A stretch of 64,000 nucleotides of DNA from an uncultured Planctomycetaceae bacterium (lineage in GTDB: Bacteria > Planctomycetota > Planctomycetia > Isosphaerales > Isosphaeraceae), in NCBI GenBank assembly GCA_963833985.1, contig CAWIAD010000001.1, positions 3,168,001 through 3,232,000 on the forward strand, given 5' to 3'. The notes under the pieces were generated by a model, which worked only from the letters and a program-made list of their open reading frames with translations, searched no databases and was not told the origin of the DNA. Below, piece by piece: positions 51,705-61,898 of this stretch; the stretch's first letter is position 1, and each line of letters begins with the position of its first letter. The translations under genes and the position numbers were made by a program.

Positions 51705-52121
51705 ATGAAAAACCTGCTCTGCACCGCGAGCGTGATGTGCCTTCTGGTGATTGCCGGCGTTGTCAGCCGAGGCGCCAGCGCGGACGACCCGGCGTCAATC
51801 GAGAAGATCATGGAAACCCTGCACAAGGGGAAGACATCCCCGGCCGCGGTGCTCAAGACCGCGCTCAAGACCCAGTCGCCCGACTGGTCGAAGGTTCAGA
51901 AGGCGACCAAGACCTACAGCAAGTACGCGGCCGACCTGCCAAAGAACGACCCTCCCAAGGGTGATCCAGCCTCGTTCAAGAAGCTGGCCAATGCGTTCGC
52001 GACCAACGCCAAGGCCCTCGACGCCTCGGCCGAGAAGGAAGACCTGAACGCCACCAAGGCGGCGATGCGCAAGATCGGCGGCTCCTGCAAGAGCTGTCAC
52101 GACGCCCACAAAGAAGACTGA
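51705..52121 (+). CDS. Periplasmic four-helix-bundle cytochrome c (c'-like)
   Basis: Signal peptide and C-terminal CKSCH. Confidence 0.88.
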   Translation: MKNLLCTASVMCLLVIAGVVSRGASADDPASIEKIMETLHKGKTSPAAVLKTALKTQSPDWSKVQKATKTYSKYAADLPKNDPPKGDPASFKKLANAFATNAKALDASAEKEDLNATKAAMRKIGGSCKSCHDAHKED

Positions 52122-52262
52122 TTCCGCCTCTGGGCCAGACAATAAGGGACGCTCCGGTCCCGTCCTGGGGCCGGAGTGCTTCGTTCCTCCTTCCACCTCT
52201 TCCGGCAGACCAACCCCAGCCGGGCCTCAGGCCGGATGCCCCGCGCACCGGGTGCGAAACGC

Positions 52263-53438
52263 ATGCGAATCCCTCTGATCTCGCAGAAGACCTCGCGCTT
52301 CACCGAGAGCGTCATCCGCGGCATGTCGATCGAGGCGAACCGGTACGGCGCGGTGAACCTGGCGCAGGGGATGCCCGATTTTCCCGCCCCCCAGGCCGTG
52401 AAGGACGCCGCCTGCCGAGCCATCCAGGACGACATCAACCAGTACGCGATCACCTGGGGCTCCAGCAAGCTAAGACAGGCCATCGCGGAACACGCCGCAT
52501 GGCACCTGGGCCTGGTCGTCGACCCCGAAACCGAGATCACGGTCACCTGCGGCAGCACGGAAGCCATGCTGGTGGTGCTGCTCTCGCTCATCAACCCGGG
52601 CGATGAGGTGATCCTCTCGCAGCCTTTCTACGAGAACTACTGGCCCGACTGTATCCTGGCGGGCGCGACCCCGCGCTTCGTCCCCGTGCGTCCGCCACAC
52701 TGGAGGTACGATCCCGACGAGCTGGCCGCGGCATTCAACGACCGCACCAAGGCCATCATCCTTTGCAATCCCAGCAACCCCACGGGCGCCGTGCTGACCC
52801 GCGAGGAGATCGAGACGATCTCCGCGCTCTGCCGCAAGTGGGATGCGATCGCCGTCACCGACGAGATCTACGAGCACATCATCTACGACGGTAAGGCCCA
52901 CACGGCGATCGCCGGCCTCGACGGGATGTACGAGCGATCGGTGACGATCAGCGGCATGTCCAAGACCTACGCCGTGACCGGCTGGCGCATCGGCACCATC
53001 ACGGCGCCCGCGGACCTGACGCGGACCTTCCGCCAGATCCACGACTTCGTCTCGATCGGCGCCGCGGCCCCACTCCAGGAAGCCGGCGCCGTGGCGTATC
53101 GTCTGCCGCGCGGCTACTACGCCGGGCTCGCCGCTGACTACCAGGCGCGCCGCGATCGGCTCTGCGGGGTGCTCCGGGAGGTTGGCTTCACTTTCGATCC
53201 GCCCGAGGGCGCCTATTACATCATGGCGGGCATCTCGGCCCTTGGCGCCGAGGACGACGTGGCGTTCGCCCGCCACCTGGTCCGCGACGTCGGCGTGGCC
53301 ACGGTCCCCGGCTCCAGCTTCTTCCAGGACAAATCACTGGGCCGACAGTACATCCGCTTCTGCTTTTGCAAGCGCGATGAGACGCTCGATTCCGCCGCCG
53401 AGCGGCTGAGAACGCTCAAGGCCCGCTTGCCGCAGTGA
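52263..53438 (+). CDS. PLP-dependent aminotransferase class I/II
   Basis: NLAQGMPD, NPSNPTG, DEIY and SKTYAVTGWRIG motifs. Confidence 0.95.
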   Translation: MRIPLISQKTSRFTESVIRGMSIEANRYGAVNLAQGMPDFPAPQAVKDAACRAIQDDINQYAITWGSSKLRQAIAEHAAWHLGLVVDPETEITVTCGSTEAMLVVLLSLINPGDEVILSQPFYENYWPDCILAGATPRFVPVRPPHWRYDPDELAAAFNDRTKAIILCNPSNPTGAVLTREEIETISALCRKWDAIAVTDEIYEHIIYDGKAHTAIAGLDGMYERSVTISGMSKTYAVTGWRIGTITAPADLTRTFRQIHDFVSIGAAAPLQEAGAVAYRLPRGYYAGLAADYQARRDRLCGVLREVGFTFDPPEGAYYIMAGISALGAEDDVAFARHLVRDVGVATVPGSSFFQDKSLGRQYIRFCFCKRDETLDSAAERLRTLKARLPQ

Positions 53439-53479
53439 GCGAGCCTGCTGTCCGTGTGACGAGCAAGGCACGCGCGGCA

Positions 53480-55396
53480 TCACCTGGATTTGCCCGGCTC
53501 GGTGACTCCCTCGGCCAGGCCCCGCAGCGCGTGCAGCTTCGCGTCGGGATAGCGCTGGGTTCCGGCCCAGCCCAGAGCACCTTGCGGATCGCCAAGCTCG
53601 GTCTGGCGGCGGGTGATGTGCTCCAGTGTCTCGTAGGCCTCGTCGGCCCGCAGCGACGCCTTGAGCAAGGCGTCGATCGATTTGAGTGCTCCGCGGACGT
53701 CAGCGGCCTTGAGGCGGTCCTCGGCGATCTGCCGAAGGGTTCGGGCCGCGAGGAACCCGTTCCAGGAGATTTTCTGCCCTTTGAACTGGTCGATCATGTT
53801 GAGGGCTTCGTCCAGATTGCCGAGGCGTGCTTTGGTCTGAGCGATCTCTGCCGTTGCCGACGAGCCGGGGTCATAGTCGTCGACACCGGGGGGCGCGGTG
53901 ACATCCAGTTCCGGCATACGCCACATCGCATCGCCGGGAACTTTGTGCGAAGCCGCGACGGCCGGGTCAATCAGGTCGCGAGCCGCGGCGCCATGGTTGG
54001 CCTCGAATTCCTTGACGGCGACCTCGGAGAGAATGGAGATCTTCCCTTCATGGCTCGCCAGCATCTCCGCCGTGCGTCTTGCCCCGATGAGGTCGCCGGC
54101 TTGCGCCTGGAGCACTCCCAGCCGGACGAGGGGAAAGTAGCTCTCGGCATCCTCGTTGACAAAGCCCGCGATCATCTCGAGTGCCACCTGCACCGTATCC
54201 TTGGCGGCCTCGAATTGTTTCGCCTTGATCTGGGCGCTGGCCACTTCCTTCATGACCTCGACACGCGCGTGTGTGGCATGGAAGGTCTGCACGTTGTTTA
54301 CCGGATGAGGCGCATCCACCATCTTGTAGGCCATCTCGGCGTCGCCCAGCCGCGCGAAGGCTTCAGCAACACGGCGATAGACCTTGATCTTCTTTGAGGG
54401 CCGATCGTATTCCGCCTTCTCGGTCAGCCGCACCAGGCGGTCCATGAACTGGGCCTCGACGGGCAAGTCGCTCGCCGCGATGGCATCGGCGACGACCCAG
54501 ACGGCGAATGTCTTGAGGTCGCCCTTGAGTCGTTCTTCCACGCTCTTCAAGGCACCGTCGAGCTGCTTCGCCTTTACTCGTGCCCGTAGCACGCTGGCCA
54601 GGTCCTTGGCCTGAAGGAACGGGTTCCGATTCGAAAGCGCGATCTCCACGGCGTGGGCCCACGCCCCGGCCGCAGCTTGAGGCGGCTGAGCGGCTGCAAT
54701 TTCGGCAAGTGCCTGGACCCTGGCTCTTTCGTTCTTGATCGAGTCAGCCGTCTCGAGCGCCTGGTGAAAGCTTTCCGCTGATCCGTTTGCGTCGCCGATC
54801 TCGGCCTGGGCCTGCGCAATTCTCCGCAGCGCGCCGGCCTTCTTGTAGAGCGGGTCTCCCTGGGTCTCCATGCCGGGCGGTAGCGGAAACGGGAAGGGTG
54901 ATTCCGCCTTGATGCCCCGCGCCGACTGCAACGCCTGGCGGAGATTGAACCTGGCCTCGTCCTGATCGCCGGCGGCGGCTTGAGCCTTTGCAATCTCCAC
55001 GAAGAGCCGGGCTTTCTCCTCGGAGGCGTCCACCGAGGCCAGCTCCGCGGCCCGATCCGCCGCGGCCTGCCAGGTGGCCCGGGCCGCGGACCTATCGCCG
55101 ACCCGCGCTTGCGCCCGGCCGATGGCGATCACCACGTCGGCCGCCAGCTCCTTGGAGAGTTGCATGGCGAACATCTCCGGTGAAGGGAGGCGAAATCCGC
55201 GTTCCGACTTCTCCGCTTCCTTGAATTCGGACTGGATCATCTCCAGTGCTCCGCGGAGCACTTGCTTGAGTTGATCCGCGGACGGGGCGGCCTGAGCCTT
55301 GACCTGACTGTTCCCGGACTTTGACTCCTGAGCATGAAGTAAGTCGAGCGGCCACAGCAAGCCCGTCAGCGCGACGAGGGCGCAGGCGCGTGTCAT
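53480..55396 (-). CDS. Secreted TPR-like helical repeat protein
   Basis: Signal peptide and repeated IAxAQAxAGD...A units. Confidence 0.8.
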   Translation of the reverse strand: MTRACALVALTGLLWPLDLLHAQESKSGNSQVKAQAAPSADQLKQVLRGALEMIQSEFKEAEKSERGFRLPSPEMFAMQLSKELAADVVIAIGRAQARVGDRSAARATWQAAADRAAELASVDASEEKARLFVEIAKAQAAAGDQDEARFNLRQALQSARGIKAESPFPFPLPPGMETQGDPLYKKAGALRRIAQAQAEIGDANGSAESFHQALETADSIKNERARVQALAEIAAAQPPQAAAGAWAHAVEIALSNRNPFLQAKDLASVLRARVKAKQLDGALKSVEERLKGDLKTFAVWVVADAIAASDLPVEAQFMDRLVRLTEKAEYDRPSKKIKVYRRVAEAFARLGDAEMAYKMVDAPHPVNNVQTFHATHARVEVMKEVASAQIKAKQFEAAKDTVQVALEMIAGFVNEDAESYFPLVRLGVLQAQAGDLIGARRTAEMLASHEGKISILSEVAVKEFEANHGAAARDLIDPAVAASHKVPGDAMWRMPELDVTAPPGVDDYDPGSSATAEIAQTKARLGNLDEALNMIDQFKGQKISWNGFLAARTLRQIAEDRLKAADVRGALKSIDALLKASLRADEAYETLEHITRRQTELGDPQGALGWAGTQRYPDAKLHALRGLAEGVTEPGKSR

Positions 55397-55646
55397 GGAA
55401 GTGGTCCTTGAGAAGTGGGACGCAAAGATCGGTCAGATCAATCTACAGGTGGATCCCACGCTTCGCCAGGAAAATTTCGCCGCAATTTCGTGCAGCTCAC
55501 CGGAAGTGAAACGATCTCGGCACCCTCTGTCGCGGACACGTTGCACGTCGTACGATTGTGGGCACCGTCGCTGCGACGGCACAATTCTGCGCCGGACCAG
55601 CGCCTGGCCGCGTCAGTCCACTTCCTGTCACAGTGGGGCAAACTCC

Positions 55647-56402
55647 ATGAGGTTTCTTTTCCGTGCGGCTTTCGCGATCTTCTACGTAGCAACCGCGGGC
55701 AGTCTGGCAAGGGCCGATGACAAGGACCCGAACGCGGTTCTGGACAAGGCCATCAAGGCCATGGGAGGCGAGGAGAAACTCAAGCACGTCGACGCGTTGT
55801 CCTGGACATCCAAGGCGGACATCACGTTCAACGAAAACACGAGCCACTTCACCAGCCACGCGACCCTCCAGGGGCCTGATCATTACCGCTCCGAGATGGA
55901 GGGGGAGTTCGGCGGCAACCCTGTCAAGGGCGTGACCGTCATCAACGGCGACAAGGGCTGGCGGAAATTCGGCGACAACAAGATGGATCTCGAGGGAGAT
56001 GCGCTTGCCAATGAGAAGCGTCGAATGCAGCTCCAGGTTCTGCCAACCCTGCTGGTCCCCCTGAAGGGGAATGGCTACAAGCTGGAGTCCGTCGCCGAAG
56101 AAAAGGTCGAGGGCAAGCCGGCCTCCGGCATCAAGGTGACCGGTCCCGATGGCAAGGATTTCACGCTCTACTTCGACAAGGAAAGCGGATTGCCGGTCAA
56201 GCTGGTCGCCAGGGTGGTTGGCTTCGGGAATAATGAGTACACCCAGGAGACGAGCTTCAAGGATTACAAGGACTTCGAGGGCATCAAGAAGGCCACCAAG
56301 TCCGACAGCAAGCGTGACGGCGAAGACTTCATCAAGTCCGAGGTCACGGAGTTCAAGGTCCTGGACAAGGTCGACGCCAAGACCTTCTCCGAGCCGGAAT
56401 GA
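55647..56402 (+). CDS. Secreted LolA-like fold hypothetical protein
   Basis: Signal peptide; LDKAIKAMGG, VINGDKGW, LYFDKESGLP and KDYKDFEGI motifs. Confidence 0.75.
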   Translation: MRFLFRAAFAIFYVATAGSLARADDKDPNAVLDKAIKAMGGEEKLKHVDALSWTSKADITFNENTSHFTSHATLQGPDHYRSEMEGEFGGNPVKGVTVINGDKGWRKFGDNKMDLEGDALANEKRRMQLQVLPTLLVPLKGNGYKLESVAEEKVEGKPASGIKVTGPDGKDFTLYFDKESGLPVKLVARVVGFGNNEYTQETSFKDYKDFEGIKKATKSDSKRDGEDFIKSEVTEFKVLDKVDAKTFSEPE

Positions 56403-56555
56403 GCCGCGGCGGTCGAGCGGAGATTCTGGGAATCTGCCTCGACCGGGCCGTCATCACCGAGAAGAGCATGGCCGAGCCGGTTCCATCGCGTACCGGCTCG
56501 GCCAGCAGTCTCTGGGGCAGCTCGAAGGCGAGCGCCACCCACGCAAGCGAACCGT

Positions 56556-57491
56556 TTACACTTCCCGCGCCGGGTGTCTTGCAAGCTCGTGCCGATGCAC
56601 GTACGGCTCCAGGTGCACGAGGACGTCGCGCAGGTTCGTGAAGCGGCGCAGCAGGTCGTCTTTCACCAGGTGGCTGATGCGGTGGCCCTCGTCCACGGTT
56701 TGATCGGCGCACACCTGGATATGGATGTCCACGAGGTATTCCAGGCCGGACTTGCGGACCCACAGCTTGTCGACCCGCATGACGCCCGGCACCGAGGCTG
56801 CCGCGGCGCGAACCTCCTGGACGAAGGGCCCTGCGGCCTGGGCATCCATCAGCTCCTGGGCGCTCGACCAGAAGAGCCGCGAAGCCGACGCGAGGATCAA
56901 GCCCACAACGACCAGGGCGGCGACGGAGTCGGCCAGCAGGTAGCGCGGTCCGCCCAGGCGCGCGAGCAACAGACCGGTGAGCACGGCCAGGGCGCTGAAG
57001 GCGTCGGCGCGGTGGTCCCAGGCGTTGGCGATGATCGCGCTGGAGCCGGCTCGGCGGCCGAGCCGGATCTTGTACTGGTAGAGGGCTTCCTTGATCACGA
57101 CGTTGCCGGCGGCGATGACCAGCGTCCAGGCGGGGGGAGCGCCATGCGGCTGCTGCCAGAATCCTGCGATCGCTTCCCAGCCCACCAGCAGCGCCGAGGT
57201 GATCACCAGGACCGCGACATTCGAGCCGGCGATCGCCTCGGCGCGCGTATGGCCGTAGGGATGCTCGGCGTCGGCCGGCTTCTGGGCCACGCGGAAGGCG
57301 AGCAACACCGCGACGCTCGTGAAGACGTCGCCCAGCGAGTTGACCGCGTCGGAGACCAGCGCTCGGGACCCGCCCAGGATCCCGCCCGCGAACTTGGCAG
57401 CGCCCAGGAGCAGGTTGACGGCGAGGCCCAGCCACGTGGCCCGTACCGCTTCGTGGTAAAGGTGGTACTTCCCGGGCCGGTCGAGGGTCAT
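56556..57491 (-). CDS. Cation diffusion facilitator (FieF-like) transporter
   Basis: SRALVSDAVNSLGD, DAEHPYGH, AWDHRAD and DVLVHLEP motifs. Confidence 0.93.
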   Translation of the reverse strand: MTLDRPGKYHLYHEAVRATWLGLAVNLLLGAAKFAGGILGGSRALVSDAVNSLGDVFTSVAVLLAFRVAQKPADAEHPYGHTRAEAIAGSNVAVLVITSALLVGWEAIAGFWQQPHGAPPAWTLVIAAGNVVIKEALYQYKIRLGRRAGSSAIIANAWDHRADAFSALAVLTGLLLARLGGPRYLLADSVAALVVVGLILASASRLFWSSAQELMDAQAAGPFVQEVRAAAASVPGVMRVDKLWVRKSGLEYLVDIHIQVCADQTVDEGHRISHLVKDDLLRRFTNLRDVLVHLEPYVHRHELARHPAREV

Positions 57492-57550
57492 CGGGCGTTT
57501 CTCCTGGCGCGGGCCACGACGTCTCACCGGCAAAGTCGGATCAAGGGCCC

Positions 57551-58477
57551 CTAGCTGGTGATGCCCTTGGTCAGGTGCATGAAGGCGGTCTCCAGGTTGA
57601 TCTCGTCTTCCTTGAACAGGGTCAGCTCGAACCCCTGGTGGATGAGCCGGCTGGCCAGGAAGCCATATTCGTGCACCCCCTCGTTGAGCTTGACCACCAG
57701 CACGCCATTCTTGTCCTGGACGCTCTCGACCTCCGGCTGGCTCTCCAGGCTGCTGGCGGCGTCGGTCATCCGGTTCGAGACCGCGATGTTCAGGACGATG
57801 TCGCTGCGCACCTGCTTCATCACGTCCGTGACTGCTCCGTTGACCAGCAGCTTGCCCTGCTCGATGATGCCGATCTTGTTACAGATGTCGGCCAGCTCGG
57901 GAAGGATGTGGCTGGAGACGAGGATCGTCTTGCCCATCGCCCGCAACTCCTTGAGCAGGGCACGCATCTCGATGCGGGCGCGAGGGTCCAGGCCGGAAGC
58001 CGGCTCGTCCAGCAACAAGACCTGGGGATCATGCAGCAGGGTCCGCGCCAGGCCGAGCCGCTGGGTCATCCCGCGCGACAGGCTGGTGACCAGGGCATCG
58101 CGCTTGTACGTCAGGTCCACCAGCTCGAGGACTTCCTCGCAGATCTTCTTCCGCGCGGGCCCCTTGATGCGGTAAGCCGACGCGAAGAATTCGAGGTACT
58201 CAATGACTTTCATGTCATCATAGACGCCGAAGAAGTCTGGCATGTAGCCGATCAGCCGGCGGATCTCCTTCGAGCCGGTGTAGATCGAGTAGCCGCAGAC
58301 CGAAGCCTCGCCCCAGCTCGGATTCAACAGGGTCGCCAGGATGCGCATCGTCGTGGTCTTACCCGCACCGTTGGGGCCGATGAAGCCGTAGACATCGCCC
58401 TGGGCAAGGTTGAGATTCAGCCGGTTCAGGGCATACAGCTCGCCGTACATCTTGGTGAGGTCGTTGGTCTCGATCAT
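57551..58477 (-). CDS. ABC transporter ATP-binding protein
   Basis: GPNGAGKTT, LSRGM, LLLDEP and SSH motifs. Confidence 0.96.
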   Translation of the reverse strand: MIETNDLTKMYGELYALNRLNLNLAQGDVYGFIGPNGAGKTTTMRILATLLNPSWGEASVCGYSIYTGSKEIRRLIGYMPDFFGVYDDMKVIEYLEFFASAYRIKGPARKKICEEVLELVDLTYKRDALVTSLSRGMTQRLGLARTLLHDPQVLLLDEPASGLDPRARIEMRALLKELRAMGKTILVSSHILPELADICNKIGIIEQGKLLVNGAVTDVMKQVRSDIVLNIAVSNRMTDAASSLESQPEVESVQDKNGVLVVKLNEGVHEYGFLASRLIHQGFELTLFKEDEINLETAFMHLTKGITS

Positions 58478-58538
58478 CGCGATTCGCCTTGGTGTCGATC
58501 GGACAGGAAAGCCGGGTCATGACGACGCGGGCCATGCC

Positions 58539-60965
58539 TCATGGAGTAAGCGCGGACCGGGATGCCGCCAGGTCTTGCGGAACGGTGGCGGCGGCGCCGT
58601 ACCGGTTGGCCGCAGGCGGTTTCTTGAGCGGCAAGACGACCCGGATCATGGTGGTCTGGTCGATCTTCGGTTCGCTGGGTGCGTTTTCCAGAACAAGCTG
58701 CGCGCCGGGCCGCTTGATGCGGGCTGTGAGTATGGGCCGGTCCAGGGCAAGCTGCGCGGACAGGTCCAGGTCGCGCAGCACGGCGTTGCCCAAGGTCCCT
58801 TCGGAGGCTCGCGAGGATTCGCTGCCGTGGAACATGAGCGCCAGCAGCAGGTCGGACCGGTTGATCTTGAGGTTCCGGCTGCTGGGCTGGTCCGACAGAA
58901 AGTTCTTGGAGCGGTCGCGGAGCAGATTGGCCAGGTTGCGGTCTCCGGTAAGCTCCACCTTGATGGTGGCGCCGGGCGCCAGGTCGCCCAGCATGTAGAC
59001 CTGCTTGCCGAAGGCCAGCAAGGCATCCTCCAGCGTGTCGCTCTGGCGGTTGGTGACCGTGCCACCCAGGCGGTCGGTGCCCACCAGCCGCAGGTTGGCG
59101 TCCACGATGGGGCTGGCAGGACCATGCCCGAGCCACCGGGCCGTGATGGCCTTGGTGCTCCAGATCGGCACGCGCACGTTCTCCAGGCGCTCCAGGCTGC
59201 CGGTCGGCTGGTAGGCATAGCCGCCTGCTGCGAACCGGAACCGGTTCGACCCCCCCATCGCACCAAACTGCGTCTCGGGCACGCTGAACCAGGTCGTTAG
59301 CAGCTCGATACCTGGCGCGGGGCGGGGCGGTTCGCCGGCGGGATTCGCCTCGGCGAGCGGCTTCACTGCATGATCCAGATCGGCAGGCACCGGCAGGAAG
59401 CCAATGTTGTAATCGCGGTTCTGCGGGCTGAAGAGGCTGAGCACCGTTCGCCCGCGAACCAGGCCGGCCGTCTGATCGACGTCGATCACGTCCACCTTGT
59501 TAACCAGCAGATCGTTCCCCTTCATCGCGTAGGCTGCGAAGTACGCCAGCAGGCTCACGCTCAGCACGATGGTGGGAAAGGTGATCCAGGTCAGCTCCAT
59601 GCGCTTGAGTACCTTCTTCAGGAAGAAGTAGTCGCCCGGACCGATGATCAGGATGTAAAGGAAGATGAAGAAGGCAACCCAGCCAAAAGGGATCAGCTTG
59701 ACGCCGGGGAACTGCTCGAGAGCAATGCGCAACTGGCTGGACAGGTCCGACACGCCCGACTGGTAAAACCGCCCCGGTCCCGTCAGCGCGACCGCGGCCC
59801 CGGCCGGATCGACTCGCTCATGCCGGAGGTCTGCGGCCCGTGCCCAGAAGAGCCCACGGTCGGCCCAGTTACTGAACAGCGGCTGGGCAACGCCTAGACC
59901 AATCAAGGTGATGCGGCCGAATCCGCAAGGGCCGCGCACGACCAGCGGCAGGTCCCCCATGAAGCTCAGCAGCTTTCCCCCGCGCTCGTCGACTTGCTCC
60001 AGCCGCGTCACCAGCACCGGCGGCGTGCCGGCCGGCGTGATCGGCTTGGTCGAGCCAGCGAAGTAGTCGAGGGCTTCCAGCGACTGCACTCGCTCCTGGC
60101 CGGCCGGCTGTGCGGGCAAGACGGGACCGAGCACGCTGTCGCGCACCGCCTGCCAGTTCGCACCCACGGCCACCACCAGATGGCCACCGTGGCGCACCCA
60201 CTCCACCAGGGCTTGCCCCTTGAGGCCCGTCAGCAAGTCGAGCGTGGCACGATCGTCGGTATCCACGATGATCGCCTGCGCCGCGTCGAAACCGTACCAG
60301 CGTCCCGGAACCTGGTCTGCCTCCACGTCGATCCGAACCAGAACGATCTCGGTGGCTGCCGGTCCCGATGAACCCTGCTGCCTGGTTCCCCCCGGGGCAA
60401 ACCCGGGGAGCGTGGGCAGTTGATCCACTCCGGCGGGCTGTCCCATGGTGAGGATGAGCGCCTCATCGGGCATGATCGGCTCCGGAGGTGCCGCCATGCT
60501 GTGCTCCTGGTCCGCCTCGAAGAGCCGCCGGCCCCGGCTGTCGAGCACGCGGATGGTGAACTCGGTATCGCGGCCGCCGGGACGAGCGTAGGCCGTCAGC
60601 CGTGCCGACTCATGAGGCGCAATATCCAGAGGTTGCAGATACGATGTCGGAATGCCATCGTCGTCGGGCACGATCGTCTCCAGGAAACCGGAGATCCGCT
60701 CGTCGCCGGCCCGGAGCTGAACGCCGACCGGTGTCCAGCAGCCCACCTTGTAGGCGTTGTGCGCGCCCAGGCCGATCCGGACGTTCTGAAGCTCGATGAC
60801 AGGAGGCGCTGCCAGCGCCGCTTGCCCGCATCCCCCGCAGACCGCGACCCGCAGCGCGATCAGCCAGAGAGCGGCCGGCCGGAAGCAGGGAAGCCGGCCA
60901 ATGCGAACGCCGCAGGCAGACGCCGCGCGGCCCGGTGAAAGCGCTGTCGTCAATGGCGAGGTCAT
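58539..60965 (-). CDS. Large membrane-anchored protein with class-I glutamine-amidotransferase-like domain
   Basis: WVRHGGHLVV, GFGRI and two TM helices (YILIIGPGDY, TWITFP). Upstream of the ABC ATPase. Confidence 0.75.
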   Translation of the reverse strand: MTSPLTTALSPGRAASACGVRIGRLPCFRPAALWLIALRVAVCGGCGQAALAAPPVIELQNVRIGLGAHNAYKVGCWTPVGVQLRAGDERISGFLETIVPDDDGIPTSYLQPLDIAPHESARLTAYARPGGRDTEFTIRVLDSRGRRLFEADQEHSMAAPPEPIMPDEALILTMGQPAGVDQLPTLPGFAPGGTRQQGSSGPAATEIVLVRIDVEADQVPGRWYGFDAAQAIIVDTDDRATLDLLTGLKGQALVEWVRHGGHLVVAVGANWQAVRDSVLGPVLPAQPAGQERVQSLEALDYFAGSTKPITPAGTPPVLVTRLEQVDERGGKLLSFMGDLPLVVRGPCGFGRITLIGLGVAQPLFSNWADRGLFWARAADLRHERVDPAGAAVALTGPGRFYQSGVSDLSSQLRIALEQFPGVKLIPFGWVAFFIFLYILIIGPGDYFFLKKVLKRMELTWITFPTIVLSVSLLAYFAAYAMKGNDLLVNKVDVIDVDQTAGLVRGRTVLSLFSPQNRDYNIGFLPVPADLDHAVKPLAEANPAGEPPRPAPGIELLTTWFSVPETQFGAMGGSNRFRFAAGGYAYQPTGSLERLENVRVPIWSTKAITARWLGHGPASPIVDANLRLVGTDRLGGTVTNRQSDTLEDALLAFGKQVYMLGDLAPGATIKVELTGDRNLANLLRDRSKNFLSDQPSSRNLKINRSDLLLALMFHGSESSRASEGTLGNAVLRDLDLSAQLALDRPILTARIKRPGAQLVLENAPSEPKIDQTTMIRVVLPLKKPPAANRYGAAATVPQDLAASRSALTP

Positions 60966-61073
60966 GGTGGCCGATCTTGCTGTTCAGGCGGTCGATGCAG
61001 GTTCACGAGATCGCGACACGAGAAACACGATCATGGAATCAGGAGCGGGGTGCGTGGCGGATGACCGGCCGGT

Positions 61074-61397
61074 TCATGGTTTCTCGGCCGGATCGCACAC
61101 GCAGGGAACCCGAGCGCATCCGGGGCAACCACGACCGTACTTGCGGCAGACGGCCGCCGAGAGGCTGATCCCTCGGATGTTGGCCAGGGTCGCCAGCCAG
61201 GCGAGAACGTCGGCCATCTCCGCGGCAAGCTCATCATCGTCGCCAGCCCGCAGCGCCGAGGCGAGCTCACCAAATTCCTCGGTCAGCCAGAGAAACGTGG
61301 CCGCGTCGCCGCGGGCCGCGTCCTTGGCGCCGTACATCTGGTAGATCCGCTCTTGGAGCGCGGAGAGGGTCCAGTCGCCTTCGCCAGAGTCGCTCAT
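61074..61397 (-). CDS. MazG-like nucleotide pyrophosphohydrolase
   Basis: WLTEEFGELA, EMADVLAWL and C-terminal CPGC..C.C. Confidence 0.9.
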   Translation of the reverse strand: MSDSGEGDWTLSALQERIYQMYGAKDAARGDAATFLWLTEEFGELASALRAGDDDELAAEMADVLAWLATLANIRGISLSAAVCRKYGRGCPGCARVPCVCDPAEKP

Positions 61398-61513
61398 GGA
61401 GGTAGTTTACAGAGTCCGACCCGGAGCGTGCGAGGGCATTTGCCGGAGCCCGCAAACCGTTACGGGTGCTGGCGCCTGTCCTTGGGGACTGGTCTGGGTT
61501 GGAGACGCGAGCC

Positions 61514-61786
61514 TCAATCGTCCGCGCCCTTGCTGGCGAAGACGGGCGTGGCCGGAGCGGTCTCGAACCGGGGGATGTTCCGGGTGCTCGTCTCGCCCGG
61601 CTCCGCGGTCGCGATGAGGCTGATCTCGGTCTCGAACCGGAAGGCGCGGCGGTGATCCACGCACTCGATGAGCAAGATCGTTGGCTGCCGCTTCTCGACG
61701 ATTCGATGGATGACAAGCCCTTCGGAGTACTGCCCGCTGGCGGTCTTGAAGCGAACGAGGTCACCCAGGGCAAACGGCCGGTTCAT
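61514..61786 (-). CDS. Small hypothetical protein (possible SH3/KOW-like beta-barrel)
   Basis: GGAGG RBS; FALGDLVRFK start. Confidence 0.6.
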   Translation of the reverse strand: MNRPFALGDLVRFKTASGQYSEGLVIHRIVEKRQPTILLIECVDHRRAFRFETEISLIATAEPGETSTRNIPRFETAPATPVFASKGADD

Positions 61787-61898
61787 GGGGTCTCCCTCCT
61801 GGAGAAAAGGATCGCGGGGATCCAAGTTTCCGGTGTCCTACCAGCGAAGATTGTTACCACTCCGGCCGTGTTTGTCAGCTCCAATGTTCAGGAAAAAA